In this document: positions 41,242 to 48,787 of the stretch, in pieces | Position numbering within the stretch: position 1 is the stretch's first letter | How the letters are laid out: each line of letters begins with the position of its first letter | Assembly (NCBI GenBank): GCA_030765185.1 | Contig: JAVCDE010000024.1 | Coordinates: forward strand, 187,538 to 251,537 | Source: Candidatus Aceula meridiana | Lineage (GTDB): Bacteria; Omnitrophota; Gorgyraeia; Zapsychrales; Aceulaceae | Length of the DNA: 64,000 nt | Direction of reading: 5' to 3' | Notes under the pieces: model-generated | Seen by the model: the letters and a program-made list of their open reading frames with translations, nothing else | Database searches by the model: none | Told to the model about the DNA's origin: nothing | Made by a program: the position numbers and the translations under genes

Positions 41242-41673
41242 TTAAGAGGTAATTTCGCCTTGATCGCGGTTTTTATCTAGGAAGGTTAGCATTTCTTTGG
41301 TGTAATAATCCATAAATTTCCGGCCTGCCTCGGAAGCAGTTTCCGCTAGCTTGACACCTGTTTCATAGGCTGCGCCCTCTTCAATTTTCTTAAACCAGAT
41401 AACACGCGCCGCTAGAGTCACTTTCCCTTTATCAGGAATTTCAAAGCTTAAATGAACTTCTTCGCCAATCGATGGCTTATCTTTGATGCGAAGCCTTAGG
41501 CCGTTACCGCTGATATCTAAAGTCGAGGCTTGATTAAGGTCGTCTTGAATAGCCGCCAGCTTGTATTCGATGGGAAGCTGAACTGAAAAACGCTTGTATG
41601 CACGCGATTCCGGAGGTGGCGGATGATGAGGCTCGTTAGGTTTCTGCCCTTCGTCAGGCTTCTGTTCTTCCAT
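41242..41673 (-). CDS. Stand-alone PilZ domain protein
   Basis: RAYKR (RxxxR) and DISGNG (DxSxxG). Confidence 0.85.
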   Translation of the reverse strand: MEEQKPDEGQKPNEPHHPPPPESRAYKRFSVQLPIEYKLAAIQDDLNQASTLDISGNGLRLRIKDKPSIGEEVHLSFEIPDKGKVTLAARVIWFKKIEEGAAYETGVKLAETASEAGRKFMDYYTKEMLTFLDKNRDQGEITS

Positions 41674-41690
41674 ACTTTATGAATAGCATT

Positions 41691-41725
41691 AAAAAACCCC
41701 TTTGTCAAAGATAAAGGGGTTTTTT
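41691..41725. terminator. Bidirectional intrinsic terminator after the 2029-aa gene
   Basis: AAAAAACCCCTTT-GTCAAAGAT-AAAGGGGTTTTTT perfect 13-bp inverted repeat. Confidence 0.85.
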
Positions 41726-41748
41726 CAATTCTTATTTTCTATTTATGA

Positions 41749-44700
41749 TTATTTTAGCAAACTTAACTCTTTTGGCTCGTCGGCTAATATTTCTGCTGTT
41801 TCACTACCGTCATCTCTCTCTTCAATGTTCTGAAATCCTAAAAGCTGAGGCAGCTGCGGCATTGGCATAATATTAATAATCACAGGTACAAGTCCGTCAA
41901 TTTGAATCTGCTCTAAATTCTGCATCTCAAGAGGAAGCGGTACACCTTCCCCATCAATTTTAATATTAAGATCCTTATAAATTCCCGTTAAATCAATACC
42001 ACCGGTCCGCGTTGCTGCCGAAGAATTTTTTTCTTCCTGATTAAACCCTGCAACAATGCGCACAATCGTATCCAAATCTACACTTGACTCTTTGCTTAGC
42101 TCATAGGCAAACATTGCAGCCGTAAATCCGGAAGGTTCAGCAGCACGTCTTTTAATATTATATTTCTTGTATATTTTCTCAACTCCATTTATTTCTTGAT
42201 AAATAATGACTCTTGTGCCTACAAGGTTCTCTGCGCCTTCCTCAAAAGATTTCTCGGCCTGAACTTGCCACTGTGGATGATTCTCAACAGCCTTTTTTTC
42301 TGAAGTCTCTACGGAAGAGCTTACCACTGTCTCACGCAACAGCGCATGGGCAAATCGGCGTCCTTTCTTTTTCTGAGAGACCTCGCTCAGCATAACAAGA
42401 ACAAATAAAAATGGGGCATTGATCTCATGAAAAACTTTCCTATCATTGCCATCTTCTCGAAATAGGATTCTTGTCGGTATTTCACTGCTCATACTGGCAG
42501 GACCTCTTGAGTAATTCCCAATAATCCATTCTAACTCCTCGTTTTCTTCAAGAAGGCCCCAAACATATTCCGGAACCTCAAAACTTTTCTTTTCCAAGAG
42601 ACTATAATTAGAATAAGAAATCAAAGGATCATCAAGATTTGCAATTTGCGCTCTTGCCGCCTGCCACACGTGTTTTATCAAATCATCTGATTCAGATTGC
42701 AAGGCAATCTGTCTATAAAGCTCTCGGGCATAAAGAGGAGCTGCATCCAGGAGTTCTGCCATTACAATATAAAAGTTATCTTTTGTTATCCGATAAAGGC
42801 CCTGTCCACCTGAGGCTTCGATTTCTATAAAATCTCTTGCTTCAAGCTCTTCTTCCGGAAGAGCAGCCCTTTCGCTCTTTTCCTCAAAATACAAATCCCA
42901 AAGAATCGAAATTTTATTGCGGCAAAGAGTTAAGATATTTAATGAGACAGTGTGTTTTCTTTTATTTACAAAGAGCTGGCCGATCCTATCTACTCCTTTT
43001 TTAATTCTAACCTGTATAAGAGGATCCTCAATCTTCTCAATCATCTGTCTTGCCATGGCCGCGCTGCTGATTTTTATCCTGACTTTTTCTTGTGCCTTTA
43101 ACAAAGCTTCTCGATGAGCCTTTACTTGATAAGCCTTTAACAAAGCTTCTCGATAACCGCCTTCAAAAGAAGTTTCTGCACCACTATAAAGCTCTTTCAG
43201 GGTAACAGGCTCTCCAAAAACCTTCTCTAAAATTTTAGTAGCATTTTCCCCTTCATAGTCTTTAGCAAAAACAGGAAGGAGCTCCCCACTAAACTTACCG
43301 TCATCAGACAAAGAGGCGTTCGTCCAAGAAACATCCAGTCTTGCCGAAGCAAATTCTAAAGAATTTATTAAAGCAACAAGTCCCTGGACAACTTTTCTTT
43401 TATTTTCTTTTATTTTTTCTTTATCTGGATTATTCCAATCAACTGCTCTTTTACGCAAAGTTCGAAAAGGCTTTTTCCCTTGTTCAACCCAATCATCATA
43501 GCTTTGCGTGTAGACTCCTCCCTTTTCATCCACATAAATAACAGCATCACTTACCTTATAATTTCCATCCCTTCCTAAATAAAAAGGAAGAGGTCTTTTT
43601 TTAGTAGGAAGGGATAAACTCTGGCTCTCATTTAGAAACGCCTCATCTTCCTTGCTTAAAACAAAAGGTGGGTTTAATTTAAATTTCCCCTTAAAATCAC
43701 TTTCGATAATAACATTATCGCCGATATCCACATCCGTTAAATCAAGCTGCCCTTTTCTAACAACTCTAGCATATTGCGCCAACTTTTCTTGCTCTTCTTT
43801 GTTTAGTTCGGCAAATCCAAGACTATAGCGGTCTTTAAAATAGGCAGGATTAATGTTTTTACCAACCTCGTCCCTTGCTTCATCAATTACAATATCTAAA
43901 TCTACTCCTGTATCAATTCCAATAGCTTCAAAAAAGGAAAGTATATCTTCCATAGGAATATTTCCAACCTGATGTGCAGCTTTGGGCGATCCTCCTTGGT
44001 TAAGCAAGCTTACATCTATTTCTCTTATACCTGCAACAATCGCAGCTAAAACGTTAACGATCCCCTGTTCAGAATCAGTATGACCATGATAGGTAAAGCG
44101 AATTTCTCCTCTTTCAATCTCTTTTCTAAAATGCTTAAAAATCTTTCTTATAGCTTTAGAGGTTTCTTGGGCTGTTGCCTCACCCGTCGTATCACTTAAC
44201 GCAAAGACCTTAATGCCCGCCTTTTTATGCATTGTTTCAATCATTGGGATAATATCATCCTCAATGCTAATCTCTTCCTTCTCTCCTTTATCATTTGTAT
44301 AACCCCAAACATTGCTCAAATAACAAAGTGTTTCGACATCTATGCCTAAAAGTTTATTTTGCTCGTTAACATACCTAAACGAATCTTTTGTTGGATCATA
44401 GCTTTCTAAATTACCAGGCTCAGAATAACCGGCAAGCTTATAGAAAAAATCTAAAGGATTGTTCTCGCCTACGTTGGATTTGGCATATCCTTTTGCTGCC
44501 TGAATATTAATAGCGATGCGTGCCAAGCCAGGGTCGTCTTCAAAAATACGCATAATCTGATTTAAACTAAAAGCCAAATAACCTCTTTTAATACCAGTGT
44601 CTTTATGTTTAGTATAAAGTTTTTTTGCTAAAGACCGCGCATGTATATTAATCGGAATAACCTTTTCATGAACATAAGAAACAGGCTCAATACGATTAGT

Positions 44701-47700
44701 TACAAGATTTCCTTTGGCGTCATAGCGTTTACGCGCAGAAAAAGCCCGAATGAGAGCATCTGTAATCTTAAACAGGGCTTCCTCGGTGATAACGTCTTCT
44801 TTTTTCAACATCTGAAAGGATTCCCGCGGAACCGCATTAAAAGCAATCGGATCATTTTTAGCGATCTCAATAATTTCTGCAAGATTAATCCCATTTTCAT
44901 TAATTAAGCGGATAAGCTTATCTAGATTTCTTTTGGCTGTCGGATAATCAATGTTGAGAATCTTATTCTTTGCAGTAGAAGATGCTTTGGCATAAAAAAC
45001 AATGACCTTGCCCTTACCTTGGAGGGTAATCACATGGGCATGGACTGCATCGATTTCTTCGTCTTCAAAATCCTTTCTTAAAAGATGGATAGTGCCGTCA
45101 GGTCTTAAAATGCTATTAAAATCTTCTTCAACAATATCTTCGTGGTCAACAACCTGAATATATTCGCCGCTTTGAGGCTTAAAAATTTGTTCTAACCCCT
45201 CCGCATCTTTGATAATGACATAGTGATAATCAACTGTTATATCAAAAACATCTTTAATTGTTTTTCTTAAATTTTTCTCACTTTCGTTAGAAAACCGAGC
45301 GCTATTCTCTTTCGATCTCGTTAAATCAAGGAGAAACTTTCTTAAGTCGTCTATAGATTGATATGCCGCAGGTTTTTCCATTTCAATCTCTTCAGTATCA
45401 GCCGATCCTCTCCTTGCAAGGCTCCAGAAACCGTCTTTTTTCAAAAAACCAATTAGCCCTTCCTCTTTAGTTTTCACACCGAAACCTTGTAAAGCAGAAG
45501 GCCAATCTTTAGAATCTAGCCCCTCATTATTTTCTCCGTAAACTTTTTCAATTGTTAAATGTCCTTTAAAAGCATTCTTAGCCGCCGAATAAACCTCTTT
45601 CGCCGGGACATTGTCTGCAAAGCTGGGGATGGTGATTGAGGAGGAAGAGACCCATAAAGCGAGGGAATACTCATCTTCAGTTGCAACCGGCATTACCTCG
45701 CTGCCTTTGAATTTGCTAGCCAAAGTTAAAAGATTCGACTGAACAGCTGCAATCAAGTCAGGTGATTTTTCTTTATTGCTCTGGATCACTTTGACCAAGA
45801 CACCTTTTTGTTTCTTGCCGTTAACTTCTCGTATAAAAGGCTTAGCTTCAATAGAAAAATCATAGTTCGGCTTTAATTCTAAGCTTATATCCTGATTCAT
45901 AAATTCACGCACAAGCGTTTCGACTTTCTTCACAACAGAAGAGCTCGTCTTTAGCCCAGAGATTTGCACAACCTGCCATTTATTATTATCTTCCGATAGG
46001 GGACGAATCTTGACAAACTGGCTTGAATATCCGCTAAAAAATACTGTTATTTCCTTAATGTCATCACTTCCATCAAGCTCAGGCCAAACATCTTCTATCC
46101 CATCTTTGGCATTTCCAAACGAAAAATCTAACGTTTCACCATCGTCAAAAGTAGCAACAACCTTACGAGGCAGAACTTTAGGATAGGCATCAGCGATATG
46201 CTGCAAAATTTCGCTTCCGTCTTTTTCGATTATCTCTTTTACTCGCAACCCCGAACTCGACCTTGAGAAAACAGCAACTTTACCGCCGGCTTCAAGAATA
46301 TAAGATGTCAAAGAAACTTTTTGGCTCTCTCTTTTTTCGCGAATTGCAGCAATATCTACGGGAGCTAAATTTGATTCATGGAAAACAGGAACGCCCTGAT
46401 TTTGAAACCTAAGCAAAGCTTCCTTAATTGCGGATGGAGTTTGATAGGTTCTTTCTCTCCGGCCTATGCTTAAAGGGATTCTAGAGCTTTTTCTTAAAGG
46501 GATTCTAGAGCTTTTTTTATAAGAAATTTTAAAAGCTTTAATTGCCTCTGCACTCGGGCTGTAATTTTGTCCGTTTCTTGTTTTAATAATCTTTTTAAAA
46601 TGATCAGGAGGTAGGCTTTCAGCTCCAACAACTCTCGTTGGCCCGGTAAACACTACTTTTTCTTTAAAATTATTTCTTTTCTTTCGGACAATATTCTTTC
46701 TTTGTTCTAAAGTCGCAAACGCGGCATTAGTAATCTTCTTTATTTTTTCAGAAAAATTGTTCCAATAAAACTTAATCCCGCCGGAAAAATATTTACGAGG
46801 GAGATTTTTGTTCGTGTAAGGGTCATATTCAGCTTTAATATAGTTGTAGGCACCTTGCTTGTAGGCCTCAAGGTATTTTTGGTAAATAACTTCTTTTCCT
46901 TCTTGTTCACTTACTAAATCAATTCCTTTAGTCCTATTTTTATCAACATAGGCTTGGCCCAAAAGGCTTGTCTTGGCGGCTTGCTTAAACCACGCGGCAA
47001 GAATAAGCGAATGATAAATCTGGCGCAAAGGTGCAAAGTTGCGGCCAAAATTAACTTCTTTTTCCAGCTCGGGAATAACGATTTCACGGACAATCGCCGA
47101 AGAGACAGCGCTTGTTTTTTCAATCTCTGATTTTTCTATTTGATTGGTTGCAATATCTTTTCGCCCTTGATTTTCTTGTAAGGCCAGATAGTCTTCCTCC
47201 AGCATAACCTTTAAAGAACTCTCTGCCACGAAAACCATATTGTCATGCTCATAAACTGCAACTTCATCCGGCATAATCCACACCTTATTAAAGGTGTTGA
47301 TTGGAATTTCTGTTGTGCCAAAGGTCTCATATGCCTTTTTATAAATTTTCTCCCAAAATTTCCTTCCAAGATCGTTCTCAGGGTAGATAAGTGATGCGGT
47401 AATTTGCTTTAAAAGATAATCCTGGGCGAGCATGTCACGACCCATTTCTGTTTTGCCAAAATCATCAGCAACAATGCGGTCTTTTTCATAGGGAGAAAGA
47501 TTGACCCAGAGGTCTTCTTCGGGGGTGGTTAATGACGCTAAGAAATAACGGATCATCTTTTCAGATTCAGATTTAAAAGCTTGTCCCTCAAGCCCATCAT
47601 CGCCGCTATTGACGATAAAATCAAACTCAAAAGGATTGTTTGGGTGAATTTGAATGCCTGTAATAATGGCTGGCTGGTAAGATGTGCTTAATGGCACCAT

Positions 47701-47838
47701 GGTTCCCGGAGCTGGCAGCTGCAACATTTGTGCAAATCCAGTTGATGGCAAGACAATATTGGTCAAAAATACGAAACAAACAAGAAAGGAAACAGTCTTG
47801 GCGCAACGGCCTTTCTTGCTGCGATGAAGCGATGGCAT
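41749..47838 (-). CDS. 2029-aa exported modular protein (family member B): signal peptide + conserved N-domain + variable cargo including an HMG-CoA-lyase-like domain + GGIDL C-terminal tail
   Basis: N-terminal ~350 aa colinear with the ORF at 1-952; C-terminal IxIxGLxPVIIxxxPxxxLPxxLG shared with 63869-64000; DRE-TIM motifs at about aa 1000-1315. Confidence 0.9.
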   Translation of the reverse strand: MPSLHRSKKGRCAKTVSFLVCFVFLTNIVLPSTGFAQMLQLPAPGTMVPLSTSYQPAIITGIQIHPNNPFEFDFIVNSGDDGLEGQAFKSESEKMIRYFLASLTTPEEDLWVNLSPYEKDRIVADDFGKTEMGRDMLAQDYLLKQITASLIYPENDLGRKFWEKIYKKAYETFGTTEIPINTFNKVWIMPDEVAVYEHDNMVFVAESSLKVMLEEDYLALQENQGRKDIATNQIEKSEIEKTSAVSSAIVREIVIPELEKEVNFGRNFAPLRQIYHSLILAAWFKQAAKTSLLGQAYVDKNRTKGIDLVSEQEGKEVIYQKYLEAYKQGAYNYIKAEYDPYTNKNLPRKYFSGGIKFYWNNFSEKIKKITNAAFATLEQRKNIVRKKRNNFKEKVVFTGPTRVVGAESLPPDHFKKIIKTRNGQNYSPSAEAIKAFKISYKKSSRIPLRKSSRIPLSIGRRERTYQTPSAIKEALLRFQNQGVPVFHESNLAPVDIAAIREKRESQKVSLTSYILEAGGKVAVFSRSSSGLRVKEIIEKDGSEILQHIADAYPKVLPRKVVATFDDGETLDFSFGNAKDGIEDVWPELDGSDDIKEITVFFSGYSSQFVKIRPLSEDNNKWQVVQISGLKTSSSVVKKVETLVREFMNQDISLELKPNYDFSIEAKPFIREVNGKKQKGVLVKVIQSNKEKSPDLIAAVQSNLLTLASKFKGSEVMPVATEDEYSLALWVSSSSITIPSFADNVPAKEVYSAAKNAFKGHLTIEKVYGENNEGLDSKDWPSALQGFGVKTKEEGLIGFLKKDGFWSLARRGSADTEEIEMEKPAAYQSIDDLRKFLLDLTRSKENSARFSNESEKNLRKTIKDVFDITVDYHYVIIKDAEGLEQIFKPQSGEYIQVVDHEDIVEEDFNSILRPDGTIHLLRKDFEDEEIDAVHAHVITLQGKGKVIVFYAKASSTAKNKILNIDYPTAKRNLDKLIRLINENGINLAEIIEIAKNDPIAFNAVPRESFQMLKKEDVITEEALFKITDALIRAFSARKRYDAKGNLVTNRIEPVSYVHEKVIPINIHARSLAKKLYTKHKDTGIKRGYLAFSLNQIMRIFEDDPGLARIAINIQAAKGYAKSNVGENNPLDFFYKLAGYSEPGNLESYDPTKDSFRYVNEQNKLLGIDVETLCYLSNVWGYTNDKGEKEEISIEDDIIPMIETMHKKAGIKVFALSDTTGEATAQETSKAIRKIFKHFRKEIERGEIRFTYHGHTDSEQGIVNVLAAIVAGIREIDVSLLNQGGSPKAAHQVGNIPMEDILSFFEAIGIDTGVDLDIVIDEARDEVGKNINPAYFKDRYSLGFAELNKEEQEKLAQYARVVRKGQLDLTDVDIGDNVIIESDFKGKFKLNPPFVLSKEDEAFLNESQSLSLPTKKRPLPFYLGRDGNYKVSDAVIYVDEKGGVYTQSYDDWVEQGKKPFRTLRKRAVDWNNPDKEKIKENKRKVVQGLVALINSLEFASARLDVSWTNASLSDDGKFSGELLPVFAKDYEGENATKILEKVFGEPVTLKELYSGAETSFEGGYREALLKAYQVKAHREALLKAQEKVRIKISSAAMARQMIEKIEDPLIQVRIKKGVDRIGQLFVNKRKHTVSLNILTLCRNKISILWDLYFEEKSERAALPEEELEARDFIEIEASGGQGLYRITKDNFYIVMAELLDAAPLYARELYRQIALQSESDDLIKHVWQAARAQIANLDDPLISYSNYSLLEKKSFEVPEYVWGLLEENEELEWIIGNYSRGPASMSSEIPTRILFREDGNDRKVFHEINAPFLFVLVMLSEVSQKKKGRRFAHALLRETVVSSSVETSEKKAVENHPQWQVQAEKSFEEGAENLVGTRVIIYQEINGVEKIYKKYNIKRRAAEPSGFTAAMFAYELSKESSVDLDTIVRIVAGFNQEEKNSSAATRTGGIDLTGIYKDLNIKIDGEGVPLPLEMQNLEQIQIDGLVPVIINIMPMPQLPQLLGFQNIEERDDGSETAEILADEPKELSLLK
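43094..43154. repeat. 22-nt direct repeat inside the 2029-aa gene (REALLKA x2)
   Basis: GCCTTTAACAAAGCTTCTCGAT at 43094-43115 and 43133-43154, period 39 nt. Confidence 0.9.
46469..46516. repeat. Perfect 24-nt tandem duplication inside the 2029-aa gene (KSSRIPL x2)
   Basis: CTTAAAGGGATTCTAGAGCTTTTT at 46469-46492 and 46493-46516. Confidence 0.92.
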
Positions 47839-47910
47839 AAGGAAAACCCTTCTTTTTCTTCGTGGCTGGTTAACTATTTAAAATTTAGGAAATACAATAT
47901 GTTATTGCAA

Positions 47911-47969
47911 GAGAGCGTTTTCGATCAAAACGCTTTTTACAAAGATAGCATACCCCTAAGTAATTACAA
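47911..47969 (-). promoter_or_regulatory. Promoter plus cre-like operator of family member B
   Basis: TTGTAA(47969-47964)-16-TATCTT(47947-47942) with extended -10 TG; GAGAGCGTTTTC at 47911-47922 plus an inverted copy AAAACGCT. Confidence 0.65.
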
Positions 47970-48084
47970 GTCCTTTGGCCCATAGTAAAGATGACGCAAC
48001 ATACTGTTAGGTATGAACTTACAATCTTAATAAAATATTTCTAGGAATTTAATAGAAATTTAACTTTTTGGAGGAAGAATTGCC

Positions 48085-48756
48085 CTAGAAAAGCAGAATT
48101 CCCTGAAAAAGAAAGTATCCTGCGGCTATAAATAAAATGGCAGCTGAGGCCTGTTTGACTCGCAAAAGCCATCTACCAGATTTTGGAAGGCGTGCCAAAA
48201 ATCCTGAAAACGTCCCTGCTAAAATAAGTGAGAACCCAACTCCATAGGCAAACACAAACAATAAACTTATAGCATGAAAAAGGTTCTGTTTTGAGCTTAC
48301 ATATAAAAGAAGTGTTCCTAAGACCGGCGCTGTACAAGGGCCCACGACAAACCCAGAAACCATGCCAAACAAAAACACAGCTATAAAACCCTTAGGTCGA
48401 ATTCTGTTCTGAAGTTTAGCACCAACAACCGGAAATGGAATGATGTTGAGCATGATAAGCCCAAAAACAACCAAAACACAGGCAACAACAATAAAAATAT
48501 AAGGATTATTTTGAAGCTGTCCAAATAATTGGCCGGTTAAAACCGCAATCGCGCCGAGAGCGCTATAGGTTATTGCCATGCCAAGAACATAAATGCACGA
48601 AAGAAAAAATCCTACCCTCTTCGTGCCTTGAGCATTTGCGCCGGCGATAAATCCGGCAATGATGGGAATGACTGGATAGACGCAAGGGGTGAAACTAACC
48701 ATCACCCCCGCGCCTAAAACAATAAAGTAATCTAAAAAATTTCCGGAAAGCTCCAT
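48085..48756 (-). CDS. ccdA: CcdA / DsbD-beta disulfide-reduction membrane protein
   Basis: SFTPCVYP and GPCTAPVL motifs, multi-TM. Confidence 0.85.
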   Translation of the reverse strand: MELSGNFLDYFIVLGAGVMVSFTPCVYPVIPIIAGFIAGANAQGTKRVGFFLSCIYVLGMAITYSALGAIAVLTGQLFGQLQNNPYIFIVVACVLVVFGLIMLNIIPFPVVGAKLQNRIRPKGFIAVFLFGMVSGFVVGPCTAPVLGTLLLYVSSKQNLFHAISLLFVFAYGVGFSLILAGTFSGFLARLPKSGRWLLRVKQASAAILFIAAGYFLFQGILLF

Positions 48757-48787
48757 AGCGTGATTATCTTATCACTCTTTCCTTAGC

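Noticed and set aside
41749-47838. 2029-aa protein as autotransporter, RHS, RTX or intein-containing protein
   Set aside because: It shows no beta-barrel C-terminus, YD repeats, GGxGxD repeats or HINT motifs.
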